Below are positions 28,120 through 40,652 of a DNA stretch of 64,000 bases, one piece after another. The translations under genes were made by a program, and so were the position numbers. Every line of letters starts with the position of its first letter. Within the stretch, counting starts at the first letter, position 1. The stretch spans positions 960,001 through 1,024,000 of the forward strand of contig CBDFGR010000003.1 of assembly GCA_965247115.1 (NCBI GenBank). The letters run 5' to 3'. A model generated the notes under the pieces. It was not told where the DNA came from and made no database searches. It saw only the letters and a list, made by a program, of their open reading frames with translations. The DNA comes from Myxococcota bacterium (GTDB lineage: Bacteria > Myxococcota_A > UBA9160 > SZUA-336).

Positions 28120-29226
28120 TCATGCGCGGCCTCTCGACCCTTCCCCGAACTTCGCTTGCTCTGGAGCGGCTTCTTCGGCCAGCAGACGCACGGGAAGCGG
28201 GGAGCGCACATCCAGATGAACGTCCCGCTGCGGGAACGCTATCTCGATCTTGGCTTCGCGAAACAGATGATCGATGCGAAACCGGACATCACTTTCGACC
28301 AGTCTGCGATCCATCATATCGCGCATCTGCAGCCAGAAGTAGGCGCGGAAGTGGAGCGCGTTGTCGCCGAAGTCGGTGAACAGAACTTGCGACGGCGGCT
28401 TATCGAGGATGCGCCCGTGTTCCTGCAACACGCGCCGTACCAGCCGATCGACCTCGCGTGTCGGGGACCCATAGGCCACACCAACGTCGACCGATGTACG
28501 TATCATGTTGTCGGACAGGGTCCAGTTGATCACGTTCTTCTCTAGGAACGACGAGTTCGGCACCACGATGTGGATATTGTCGAAGGTCTTGATGCGCGTG
28601 CTGCGCGCCCCGATGCGCTCGATGCGGCCATAGGTCCCGTCGACGTCGACGATGTCTCCAACCTTGATCGGTCGCTCCGCCATGAGGATCAGGCCGCTGA
28701 TGAAGTTGTTCACCGCGTTCTGGCTACCAAATCCTACGCCGATCGCGATGGCTCCGCCGGCCACGGTAAAGGCCGTCAGCGGGACATTCGCGGTGCGCAG
28801 TGCGAAAAGCCCGAATAGCACCACGAGAAAGTAAAACGACAGAGTCTCGACCGCGCGAACCGCACCGGATTCGGCAGCGACGTGACGCGCTAGCAGGCGG
28901 CCTATCAGCGCGCTGAGTCGTTTGGCAGCCCACACACCGAGAGCGAAGATGATCAGCGCAGTGACCAGCACGCCCAGCGTCACGGGCTGTCCGCCGAGGG
29001 CGAGGAGCTGCGCGTTCCAGATCTCTCGCAGTTGGTCCCACACACCCGAGAGCGCTTTGCTGGCAGACGCACCGGCTGTCTGCGCCGAGACTGGCAGCGC
29101 GTGGGCTAACGCGCAGAGAAAGGCCGCGCTGGCCGCCACGGAAGACGCTCGATCGCGGGCAGGGGCTCGAAGGCAAACAAGGCGAGCAGCACGTCGCAGC
29201 ATGAGGGGGGCTCCAAAAACTCGCAT
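28120..29226 (-). CDS. MscS-family mechanosensitive channel
   Basis: [51 protein letters not shown]. Confidence 0.93.
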   Translation of the reverse strand: MRVFGAPLMLRRAARLVCLRAPARDRASSVAASAAFLCALAHALPVSAQTAGASASKALSGVWDQLREIWNAQLLALGGQPVTLGVLVTALIIFALGVWAAKRLSALIGRLLARHVAAESGAVRAVETLSFYFLVVLFGLFALRTANVPLTAFTVAGGAIAIGVGFGSQNAVNNFISGLILMAERPIKVGDIVDVDGTYGRIERIGARSTRIKTFDNIHIVVPNSSFLEKNVINWTLSDNMIRTSVDVGVAYGSPTREVDRLVRRVLQEHGRILDKPPSQVLFTDFGDNALHFRAYFWLQMRDMMDRRLVESDVRFRIDHLFREAKIEIAFPQRDVHLDVRSPLPVRLLAEEAAPEQAKFGEGSRGRA

Positions 29227-29457
29227 CCCCCCAAGTCTACGTCACTATATACGAACGGCAGCCGCCAATGTGATCGTCTCGGGCCGGATCGACAAGTTGC
29301 GTCAGGCGCCGAAGCTGATCCATCTGAAGTCTATCTGTGATGAAGCCGGCAATTGCGATGCCCCGGCTTCTGGGAGATAGGGTCAGGCCCGCGGCGATTC
29401 ACTTCTTCCTCACTCCTCGCACTTGCGGAGACTGGAAACAGCTCTCGCGGCTGCAAA

Positions 29458-30674
29458 CTAGCCCGGCGGGATGATGGGAAGGAGGACGTGGGCCGGTTGC
29501 TCAGGGCCAAAATGTAACACTAACTTGCCGGAGAAAATCTCGGGCGGACGGTTCCGGACATCGTCATGAAGAAAGGAACCACACCCCCGGAATACATTCT
29601 TAGTGGTCCCGAGGGTTCCACCGGTCTCGCCAGCGTACTCGTAATCCCGCCCCAGCACGCTCAGGGCAATCCGGTATTCAGCAGGTACGACAATACACGT
29701 CGGCCAAATCTCTACATCCAGATCGACGACTTCACCGCGCGTCAATGGTTGTCTCTCACCGTGGATGTGGTGGGGGCGGTATTCTTCCGTCAGCTTGGGA
29801 TCGAGCTTTCGGTGCGATGCTCGCAGCCAGCCTTGGCCGATCGGCGTGTGAGGATCGAGCTGGCCCTGAAAGACGACTTCTTCCCCGTCGGGGGCGAACA
29901 CTCGAAGCACGAGGAAGACGTCGGCGTCTTCTGTGGAGGAGGACAAAAACAGCTTGGCCGCACTGGGGCCGGTAATTTCCGTCTCTTCCTCAAGCGGCGA
30001 TGAAAGAAACGTCAACCCTTCGCCCATGGGGTCGTACTCAACGGATCCCTCGGCATTGACGGGATCTTGGCTCAAGTCTGAATCCGTTCGGATCAAGGTA
30101 GAACCGGGTCCATTGAGTCCGCGCAAGGGGCCACTCGTTTTCGAGGCGCTCAACGAAGGTATCGATCTTTCTGATCTGGAGCTGGACGCGCGGGTGGTCC
30201 GGCCATCCATTATCGAGACCTTTCAAGAAGTGGTCGAAGAAGCGTTTTTGGAGATTGCGGCCGTAGTCGGTGTAGAAGTGCGTCCAATGTTCGAGTCCAT
30301 GCATCTCGAGCCACTTTTGCTTGGAGGCGGCCCGGACGAAACACTCCACGTTCCCTCGCAGGTGCAGACCCTGCCCCCCCCCAGTTTCCTGCGGTGAGCA
30401 AAGGGGCGGTAACTTTCTCCCAAACAGGAGAACGGGCCTTGTGGTAGTCGTCATCGAAGGGGTGGGAGACGATGTCGCCTTCGATATTGCACCGGTTCTT
30501 GGCCAGTTCCTCTTCGGGGAGAGTCTCAGAGCCGGCCGCCCATTCACCGGTGACGGGACTTTTGCGTCCACGTTCGCCGACCCCGTGCTGGACCGTCTTG
30601 ACCTGCGTATCGGACCAATTGTCCCAGAAAGTCTGTCGAATCCCGCCGTGGTGCGTACTGTCACGGTACCAGTC
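29458..30674 (-). pseudogene. CocE/NonD-family hydrolase pseudogene (5'-truncated, two frameshifts)
   Basis: Homology runs through three frames: DWYRD..HHGG...AGNWGG | QGLHLRGN...FFDHFLKG...NEWPLART | EITGP...GWLRASHR. Shifts lie at the C9 run 30374-30382 and near 30072. Confidence 0.88.
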
Positions 30675-30840
30675 CGTCCGGCTGTGCAGCGCCACGATCA
30701 GCGCCGCATTGCCACCGCGCGAAGCCTGGGCATCACGCGCGAGGGCCTCTACAAGTAGAGACACACATTGTTACGTGATGGCGCAGACGGCGCTGGGAGC
30801 GGGGGCTCAGTGGTGCCGAAGCTGATAGCCTCCTAAGGCG

Positions 30841-31827
30841 ATGCGAGTCCTCGTCACAGGAAGCTCGGGGCACCTTGGCGAGGGCCTCGTGCGCACGCTT
30901 CGTAGCCTCGGCCGCGAGGTAGTAGGCGTTGACGTCCGAGATGGACCCTTCACGTCTCGAATCGGCTCCATTGCGGACCCGACGTTCGCAAGTGAGACGC
31001 TGCGGGGTGTCGATGCGGTGCTCCATGCGGCTACGCTCCACAAACCGCACGTGGTAACCCACTCCCGGCACGAGTTCGTGGAGACGAACGTAGTGGGCAC
31101 CTTGAACCTCCTAGAGGAAGCCGTCGCGGCTCAGGTGGGGTGCTTTGTCTACACCAGCACGACGAGTACCTTCGGCCGCGCGCTCATGCTGGATGCGGGA
31201 GCGCCAGCTGCCTGGATCACGGAGGACGTTTCGCCGCGACCGAAGAATATCTACGGAGCGACCAAGCTGGCTGCGGAGCACCTCTGCGAGATCGTCCACC
31301 GCGATCACGGGCTCTCCTGCATCGTGCTTCGCACCTCCCGTTTCTTCCCCGAGGAGGATGACCGCAAGGCAACCCGTGAGGCATACACAAACGACAATGT
31401 GAAGCCGAACGAGTACCTCTACCGTCGGGTCGATCTCCAAGACGCGGTCGCAGCGCATCTCGCGGCGCTGGAGCGAGCAGCCGAGATTGGCTTCGGTCGT
31501 TACATCATCAGCGCAACCACGCCGTTCACGAACGCGCATCTGCGGGACATTCGCACGGACGCTGCTGAAGTCGTCGCCCAGCTCTTTCCGGACTTCGAAG
31601 ACACCTACAGGCAGCTCGGTTGGCAGATGTTCCCGAGCATCGACCGGGTTTACGTGAATGCAAAGGCCCGCGAAGAGCTGGGGTGGCGGCCCAAGTTCGA
31701 CTTCGGAGAGGTTCTGCGGAGGCTGAGCCGAGACGAAGAGCTCCGCAGCAGCCTCGCCCGTGACGTCGGAACGAAGGGTTACCACGACCGGACCTTCCGC
31801 GATGGCCCCTACCCGGTGCGGGAGTAA
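30841..31827 (+). CDS. NAD-dependent epimerase/dehydratase
   Basis: VLVTGSSGHLG, HAATLHKP, TSTTS, YGATK. Confidence 0.92.
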   Translation: MRVLVTGSSGHLGEGLVRTLRSLGREVVGVDVRDGPFTSRIGSIADPTFASETLRGVDAVLHAATLHKPHVVTHSRHEFVETNVVGTLNLLEEAVAAQVGCFVYTSTTSTFGRALMLDAGAPAAWITEDVSPRPKNIYGATKLAAEHLCEIVHRDHGLSCIVLRTSRFFPEEDDRKATREAYTNDNVKPNEYLYRRVDLQDAVAAHLAALERAAEIGFGRYIISATTPFTNAHLRDIRTDAAEVVAQLFPDFEDTYRQLGWQMFPSIDRVYVNAKAREELGWRPKFDFGEVLRRLSRDEELRSSLARDVGTKGYHDRTFRDGPYPVRE

Positions 31828-31992
31828 TGCCTGTACAAGAAGCTCAAGCGCGCCCGGTCCACGCCCACGGAATCGAGCCCGTTGACCATCTCGATGACTC
31901 TGCGATCGAAGTCTCGCCCGACTACGGACGCGACGCTGATGGCCGGGGTCTCATACCACTTGACCGGACCTAGATCCGAGGTCGACGTGGTT

Positions 31993-32571
31993 CTAGCGGC
32001 CTTCCGGTGGATCGAAAGGGAAGACGGCCCGGAAAGCGTCGACGACCTTGTCACCGTAATCGCGCAGAGCCCGCTCCTCGATCGAGTAGGGCACAGAGAC
32101 GTCATCTCGCCCCTCCTCGACCCCTGTGATCACGGTGAGCTGAACAGCGTCGTTCTCGCCGACGTTTCGGAAGCCGCGATAAACCCGGGGCGGGCAGGAA
32201 AAGGCATCCCACTTGTCGAGGGTCAGACGGTGGGCCACCGGGTCGCCAATCGAGTACTCGATCGAGCCCTCTAGCACCATGAACGTCTCGAAGGTGCTGT
32301 TGTGGGAATGGAGGCAGGGCCCCTGCCCTGGCGGCATGATCGAGATGAACATCGTTGTATTCGCCGCGCCGAAAATCGGAGCGCTGTTTCCGAAGGGGTT
32401 CTTGGTGTCGTCCAGGATCACGGGCATCAGCTTGCGCGCGAAGAACAGGTCCATCGCGTCCTGGCCCACCCATTCGAGGTCTTTCGCCGTGGACATGGGC
32501 TGGAGCTTGTTGAAACGGCTGATACGTCGTTCGATCTCGTCTTTCGTGGGTGTGTAGATCTGGTTCGTCAT
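31993..32571 (-). CDS. Cupin-domain protein
   Basis: PPGQGPCLHSH...ETFMVLEG...PP.VYRGF.N; AGGAG RBS. Confidence 0.85.
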   Translation of the reverse strand: MTNQIYTPTKDEIERRISRFNKLQPMSTAKDLEWVGQDAMDLFFARKLMPVILDDTKNPFGNSAPIFGAANTTMFISIMPPGQGPCLHSHNSTFETFMVLEGSIEYSIGDPVAHRLTLDKWDAFSCPPRVYRGFRNVGENDAVQLTVITGVEEGRDDVSVPYSIEERALRDYGDKVVDAFRAVFPFDPPEGR

Positions 32572-32903
32572 GTCACATCTCCTGGCACTGACCCGCCTAT
32601 AGCCCTTCCGGTCCTCGCCACGCGGAAGCTATTGGGAGGCTTGGGAAATAAACTTCTCACAACGGAGGGCTCTCGCGCAACATGCGAGTCAGAAAGGGCC
32701 ACTCGGCGAGTTCCCGTTGCCCGGGGGGAAGACCGTCGCGTGATCTGGACGAAATCGACCTGGCCCAGCTGGGATCCCGTCTCGCGCACTCGCTTAGATG
32801 AACTGCGGGGGCCTAAGACGGTCCGGGCGCTTGCAACAGGGCCCTTCGGCGGTGCTAAGATCGCTCGCGAGCAATTCAATGAAGCAACGCCCCGGGGGAC
32901 ACT

Positions 32904-34022
32904 ATGGCCGAGGCATCCGGCATCCGGGAACACTCATGGCTCGACGTCAAGGGCGGCGGGCAGATCACCGTCGACGGCGAAACCGCATATGTGGGGCACG
33001 TGGACGGTCCCGAGGCGACCACCATCATCGACGTCGCCGATCCCAAGAACCCGAGCGTCGTCGATACCATCATGTGCGAGCACGCCAAATCCCATTCCCA
33101 CAAGGTACGAGTGGGCAACGGACTAATGCTCACCAACTACGAAGAGCATAGGGGCACGCCCGAGGACGAGTTTCGCGCCGGGCTCAATATCTACGACCTG
33201 AGCGATCCTAGAAAGCCCCACCCCCTCCATTTCTGGGCCGCCGACGGCCAGGGCGTGCACCGGTTCTCCTTCGACGGCCGATATGCCTATCTGTCGACCA
33301 CCGTGGAGGGGTATTTAGGGCGCATCGTCGTCATCCTCGATCTCGAAGAGCCGACCCGGCCTCGGGAAGTGGGGCGCTGGCATTGGCCCGGTCAGCACAC
33401 TGCAGCCGGCGAAGAGCCCGACATCCCGCCGGATCACCTCACATGCCACCACCCGATCCGCATGGGCGACCGGCTCTATGTCAGCTATTGGCTGGCCGGC
33501 TGGGCGATCCTCGATATCTCCGACATGAGCAACCCCAAAGAGCTCTCGCGCATGGCCACCAACCCGCCCTTTCCATGCCCTTCCCATACCTGCCTTCCGA
33601 TTCCATTCAAGCTTCACGGCATGGACGTGATGCTGGTCGCCGACGAGGACGTGGCCAAGACCCACGACGGCGGCCCCGCTTTCATGTGGGTGATCGACAT
33701 CTCCAATGAACGTCATCCCATCCCCTTCGCCAGTTTTCAGGTGGAGGGCCTGGAATCGGGCACGCCGACACCGCCCCGCACCGGCTGCCACCAGCCCGTC
33801 GAAATGGTGCGCGGCACGGAGATTCCCGTCGCTTGGTTCGCCAACGGGCTGCGCGTCGTGGATATTTCCAACCCCCACGCACCCAGGGAAGCTGCCTATT
33901 TCGTTCCCGATGTTCCTCCTGATTGTGAGCAGGTGATGTCCAACGACGTCTTCGAGGACGACCGGGGCTTCATCTATCTCATCGATCGCATCCGCGGCCT
34001 CCACATCCTGGAGCGGGACTAA
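32904..34022 (+). CDS. LVIVD-repeat beta-propeller protein, His-rich (possible metallo-enzyme)
   Basis: Repeats IIDVADP, IYDLSDP, ILDISD, VVDISNP; conserved His in SHSHK, GVHR, CHH, PSHT, GCHQ. Confidence 0.8.
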   Translation: MAEASGIREHSWLDVKGGGQITVDGETAYVGHVDGPEATTIIDVADPKNPSVVDTIMCEHAKSHSHKVRVGNGLMLTNYEEHRGTPEDEFRAGLNIYDLSDPRKPHPLHFWAADGQGVHRFSFDGRYAYLSTTVEGYLGRIVVILDLEEPTRPREVGRWHWPGQHTAAGEEPDIPPDHLTCHHPIRMGDRLYVSYWLAGWAILDISDMSNPKELSRMATNPPFPCPSHTCLPIPFKLHGMDVMLVADEDVAKTHDGGPAFMWVIDISNERHPIPFASFQVEGLESGTPTPPRTGCHQPVEMVRGTEIPVAWFANGLRVVDISNPHAPREAAYFVPDVPPDCEQVMSNDVFEDDRGFIYLIDRIRGLHILERD

Positions 34023-34246
34023 GCCTCAGCGTAGCAGGCGTGTGTTGCCGGAGGGCCGAGCTGTTGCTTCGACCAGCCGATTGGCCGTCAGCTGCAGTGC
34101 CTTGTTGCACCAGCTAGACATCGTCGAAGTGCTGCGAAGAAGGGACGTATGACAGCGAACGGTGTCGTAGGGAAGAATATGCAGGGTCAGCGAGTGGCCC
34201 GCGAACGATAGCGGGGCTCGTAAGCACCTGAAAACACTATGTGTTG

Positions 34247-34321
34247 TGGTGGGCGATACTGGATTTGAACCAGTGACTTCTACCGTGTGAAGGTAGCACT
34301 CTACCGCTGAGTTAATCGCCC
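34247..34321 (-). tRNA. tRNA-Val (anticodon CAC)
   Basis: GGGCGATTAACTCAGCGGTAGAGTGCTACCTTCACACGGTAGAAGTCACTGGTTCAAATCCAGTATCGCCCACCA folds as a cloverleaf with encoded CCA. Confidence 0.97.
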
Positions 34322-34357
34322 GAGAAGGTCTAGGAATAGAGCAGCGGTTGCGTCAGA

Positions 34358-36833
<2,476 letters not shown>

Positions 36834-36848
36834 CAGTCCCTCTGCTCG

Positions 36849-37253
36849 CTAGCGCTTGCTGAACTGGAAGCGCGCCCGCGCCCCCTTCTGCCCGTACTTC
36901 TTGCGCTCCGTCTCGCGCGCGTCGCGCGTGAGGAAGCCTGCCTTCTTCAGCGTAGTCCGCAGTGTTGGATCGTACTTCTCGAGCGCGCGCGCAATGCCAT
37001 GGCGGATGGCTCCCGCCTGCCCGCTGATCCCCCCACCCTTGACCGTGATGAACAGGTCGAAGCTTCCCATCTGCTGGACCGCCTCGATCGGCTCGAGCAG
37101 GTGCTGTCGCAAGGACTCGCGTGGCACGTACTCCTCGATCGCCCTCTTGTTGATCGTGATCTGTCCGGCGCCAAGCCCGAGGAACACGCGAGCCGTGGAG
37201 GTCTTGCGACGCCCCGTGGCATAGAAGCGAGTAGACTGGCGAGGCATCGTCAT
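36849..37253 (-). CDS. rpsI: 30S ribosomal protein S9
   Basis: [36 protein letters not shown]. Confidence 0.97.
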   Translation of the reverse strand: MTMPRQSTRFYATGRRKTSTARVFLGLGAGQITINKRAIEEYVPRESLRQHLLEPIEAVQQMGSFDLFITVKGGGISGQAGAIRHGIARALEKYDPTLRTTLKKAGFLTRDARETERKKYGQKGARARFQFSKR

Positions 37254-37699
37254 CGACCGATCTCCAGAGGTTGTGGATTCTGCGATGCGTGAGGGTGCTT
37301 TCCGTCCGCGTACACCTTGAGCTTGCGGATCATCTTCCGGCCCAGCGGCCCCTTTGGCAGCATTCCCCTCACTGCGGACTCGAGCACGCGCTCGGGATGG
37401 GTCTCGAGCAGGCGCCTCGCGTTCACCGACCGGATTCCTCCAGGGTAGCCGGAGTGGCGCCAGTAGGTCTTCTGATCGAGCTTCCGGCCGCTGAGCTTCA
37501 CGCGGCGCGCGTTGACCACGATCACGAAGTCGCCCCCGTCCACGTGGGGCGTATAGCTGACCTTGTGCTTGCCGCGAAGGACCGTCGCGACCCGGGTCGC
37601 GATCCGGCCCAGGATCTGCTCGGTCGCGTCGAGTACGAACCATTCCCGCTCGACGTCCTCGGGACGCATACTCCGGGTGGAATGGATCGGATTGGGCAC
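37250..37699 (-). CDS. rplM: 50S ribosomal protein L13
   Basis: W.V.DA..Q.LGR.A, LRGKHK..YTPHVD.GD, HSGYPGG; probable GTG start after GAGGT. Confidence 0.96.
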   Translation of the reverse strand: MPNPIHSTRSMRPEDVEREWFVLDATEQILGRIATRVATVLRGKHKVSYTPHVDGGDFVIVVNARRVKLSGRKLDQKTYWRHSGYPGGIRSVNARRLLETHPERVLESAVRGMLPKGPLGRKMIRKLKVYADGKHPHASQNPQPLEIGR

Positions 37700-37787
37700 G
37701 AGTGACCTCTGGGGCATCTGCGCGGCGTTCTGACCAGATCCGCGACCCTGCAGCCGGGCATGGGATAGCCGATTGCTCCGGGAGCAG

Positions 37788-38579
37788 TCAAGGCAGCTCA
37801 GGATACTGGACCCGCTCCAGGCACAGCCCATGGGCGGGAGCCGTCGGTCCCGCCCTGGAGCGCTCGCGGGAGGCCAGAATCTCAGCCAGCTCGCAGGCAC
37901 CCCGGCGACCCTGTCCGACCTCCACCAGCGTCCCGACCAGGTTCCGGACCATGTGGCGCAGGAAGCTCCGGCCCTCGACCACAAAGTGGACCTCCGGAGA
38001 CGCGGCGAGGATGTCCAGGCGATCGATGGAGCGCCGGCTGCACTCGTCCACCGGAGCGCCACCGGGCGCGCCGCGGAAGGCGCCAAAGTCGTGCGTGCCG
38101 AGAACGGCGGCGGCGGCTTCGCGCATGGCAGCCAGGTCCAGGCGGCGCCGCAGATGCCAGGTCTGCCTGCGCCGCAGCGGGCTCGGCTGGCCCGAGTTGA
38201 GTACCCGGTAGACGTAGCGCTTGCAGACCGCGTCGCGGCGCGCGTTGAAGCTGGGCAAAACGGGCAGGACCTGGTGGACGGTCACGTCGCCGGGGAGCTC
38301 CGCGTTGAGCGCACGTCGCAGCTCGAGCGGCGTGAGCCGGGTGCCGCAATCCACGTGGGCAACCTGGCCGAGCGCGTGCACGCCGGCGTCGGTTCGACCG
38401 GCCGCGTTCACCCGAAGCTCCTCCTGCAAAATCTGCTTGAACGCGGCCTCGATCACCCCCTGGACGCTCCGCGCGTCCGGCTGCAGCTGCCAGCCGGCGA
38501 AATCTGTTCCGTCGTACTCGAGACGCAGAAGCAGCCTTCGCGCGTCGTTGGCCCCCCGATCCGGCGCGGAGCCCGCCAC
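37788..38579 (-). CDS. truA: tRNA pseudouridine(38-40) synthase
   Basis: EYDGTDFAGWQ, AGRTDAGVHA, FLRHMVR, TAPAHGL. Confidence 0.97.
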   Translation of the reverse strand: MAGSAPDRGANDARRLLLRLEYDGTDFAGWQLQPDARSVQGVIEAAFKQILQEELRVNAAGRTDAGVHALGQVAHVDCGTRLTPLELRRALNAELPGDVTVHQVLPVLPSFNARRDAVCKRYVYRVLNSGQPSPLRRRQTWHLRRRLDLAAMREAAAAVLGTHDFGAFRGAPGGAPVDECSRRSIDRLDILAASPEVHFVVEGRSFLRHMVRNLVGTLVEVGQGRRGACELAEILASRERSRAGPTAPAHGLCLERVQYPELP

Positions 38580-39577
38580 TACAACGAGAGCGTCTCCGCT
38601 GCCTCGACCGCCCCCAGCGCTGCCCCGCGCCGCAGGTCGTCCAGGGCCAGGACGAAGGCGAGCCCCGGAGCGTCATCGCCGTCCTGTCGGACCCGGCCAA
38701 TCGCCACGTCGTCGTGACCGAGGGCGCTGCGCGGACTCGGGAGTGCGTGTGCGTCCAGGACCCGCAAGAGGGGCTGCTTCTCCCAGATCGCCTTGGCCTG
38801 CTCCACCGAGAGACCGCGCGCGAGGCTCACGTGAACTGCCGCGGTACTGCCCGAGAAGGTCGGCACACGGATCCGGGTCGTCTCGAGCGGCAATCCGGGA
38901 ATGCGCAGGACGCGACGCAGCACGTGTGCCAGGCTGCGCTCCTCGGAGGACGAGCCGTCTTCGAGCTGGCTGCCCACGAGGGGCAGGCAGTCGAAGGCGA
39001 GTGAGTGCGGAAAGAGCTGGGACTCCTCGATTTCGCCGGTCATGCGGTTCAGGATGTCCGCAGTGTGAGCCGTTAGCTCGCCCACTCCCCCGCGTCCGAC
39101 TCCCACGGCCGGCTCGAGACAAACCGCGGTGACCCGCGTGAGCTCGACCTCGCGCGCCAGGGGTGCGAGCGCCAGCGCCAGGCCAGTCACCACACCGCGC
39201 GGGATAGAGACCAGGCACGCTCCGCGCGAGCGGGAGATCGGCGTGAGACCGTGTACGTACAGCGGGATCTGCGGATCGAGCTCGAGGCTGCCGCTGACGT
39301 CGATCAGGCTGATCTCGGCAGCGCGGGCCGGCTCCAGGATGCCATCTGGTAGCTCGGGGGCCGCGCAGAAGACGAGCTCGCTGCGGCCGAGCTCCGCGGG
39401 ATCAAAGCGCTGGACCTCGACGCTCTGGCCCTGAAACTCGATGTCTGAGCCGGCTGCCGAAGCGTAGGCCCGCAGCTCCGCCACCGGAAAGCTGCGCTCC
39501 CCGAGCACATCGATGATCTCGCCGCCGACTGCTCCGGTCGCCCCCAGGACGGCGACGCGCAGACCCCTCTCTCTCAT
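38579..39577 (-). CDS. Aspartate-semialdehyde dehydrogenase homologue lacking catalytic Cys/His (Usg-like)
   Basis: GATGAVG Rossmann motif and D.LRRGAA end are present; NPNC is replaced by IPRG and GH by GS. Confidence 0.8.
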   Translation of the reverse strand: MRERGLRVAVLGATGAVGGEIIDVLGERSFPVAELRAYASAAGSDIEFQGQSVEVQRFDPAELGRSELVFCAAPELPDGILEPARAAEISLIDVSGSLELDPQIPLYVHGLTPISRSRGACLVSIPRGVVTGLALALAPLAREVELTRVTAVCLEPAVGVGRGGVGELTAHTADILNRMTGEIEESQLFPHSLAFDCLPLVGSQLEDGSSSEERSLAHVLRRVLRIPGLPLETTRIRVPTFSGSTAAVHVSLARGLSVEQAKAIWEKQPLLRVLDAHALPSPRSALGHDDVAIGRVRQDGDDAPGLAFVLALDDLRRGAALGAVEAAETLSL

Positions 39578-40638
39578 CAGCCCAACGCCTCGCGGACGAG
39601 CTTGCCCGCGTCGCGGGTGCCCACGACCTTCCCGGCCCCCTGACCCGCCAGGTCGCGGGTCCGATAGCCGTCGTCCAGGAACTTCTCGACGGCGGCACGC
39701 ACCTGTGCTGCCTGTTGGGGGCGTCGCAACCCATGCTCGAGCAGCATGGCGACCGACAGAATCGCTGCGAGCGGATTCGCCAGGTCCTGGCCCGCGATGT
39801 CCGGTGCGGTGCCGTGAACGGGCTCGAAGACGCCCCTACCCCCGTCGCCGACGCTGGCCGAGGGCAGCATGCCGAGCGAGCCTGTGATCATGGCGCTCTC
39901 ATCCGACAGGATGTCGCCGAACAGGTTCGGGCAGAGGAGCACGTCGAACTCGGCCGCGTCGCGCAGCAGGACCATGGCGGCGCTGTCCACGAGCTGGTGA
40001 TCGAGCTGGACGTCCGAGAACTCGAGCGCAACCTCCTCGACGACCTCGTTCCAGAAGGCACTCACCTCGAGAACATTGGCCTTGTGGATGTTCGTCAGGC
40101 GGCTGCGCCGACCCCGCGCGGTCTGGAACGCAAGGCGGGCGATGCGGCGCACCTCCTCTTCCTCGTAGACCATCGTGTTCAACGCGCGCCTCTGGCCGTC
40201 GCGGTCTTGTCGACCGCGGGGCTCGCCATAGTAGATCCCACCCGTGAGCTCGCGCACAACGATCAGATCCACGCCCGCAATGCACTCCGGCCGCAGCGGG
40301 CTGGCATCCGCGAGCGCGGGAATGACCGCGGCGGGGCGGAGGTTCGCGTAGAGCGCGAGCTCTTTGCGAAGCGTGAGCAGTCCGCGTTCCGGGCGCTCGG
40401 GTGGTGGAAGAGCGTCCCACTTCGGGCCCCCCACCGCACCGAGCAGCACGAGCCCGCACTCCCTGGCGCGCTCCAGCGTTGCTGGCGAGAGCGGCGTGCC
40501 GTCCGCGTCGATCGCGCAGCCTCCGATCAGCCCGTCCTCGGTCTCCACGTCGGGGGCGACCTGCTGCAGGACGGCGGCTGCCTCGGCAGTCACTTCCGAA
40601 CCGATGCCGTCACCCGGAAGAACGAGGACCCGTGCCAC
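39577..40638 (-). CDS. leuB: 3-isopropylmalate dehydrogenase
   Basis: LPGDGIG, GAVGGPKW, RELTGGIY, NLFGDILSD, EPVHG.APDIAG. Confidence 0.97.
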   Translation of the reverse strand: MARVLVLPGDGIGSEVTAEAAAVLQQVAPDVETEDGLIGGCAIDADGTPLSPATLERARECGLVLLGAVGGPKWDALPPPERPERGLLTLRKELALYANLRPAAVIPALADASPLRPECIAGVDLIVVRELTGGIYYGEPRGRQDRDGQRRALNTMVYEEEEVRRIARLAFQTARGRRSRLTNIHKANVLEVSAFWNEVVEEVALEFSDVQLDHQLVDSAAMVLLRDAAEFDVLLCPNLFGDILSDESAMITGSLGMLPSASVGDGGRGVFEPVHGTAPDIAGQDLANPLAAILSVAMLLEHGLRRPQQAAQVRAAVEKFLDDGYRTRDLAGQGAGKVVGTRDAGKLVREALG

Positions 40639-40652
40639 CCTATCCTCCGCGC

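Noticed and set aside
31809..31992. Protein-like minus-strand stretch (KWYETPAISVASVVGRDFDRR...)
   Set aside because: Could be another gene scar, but I cannot assign a family or a start; needs BLASTX.
34023..34246. Integrase remnant or att site beside the tRNA
   Set aside because: No recognisable recombinase motif or matching direct repeat found by eye.
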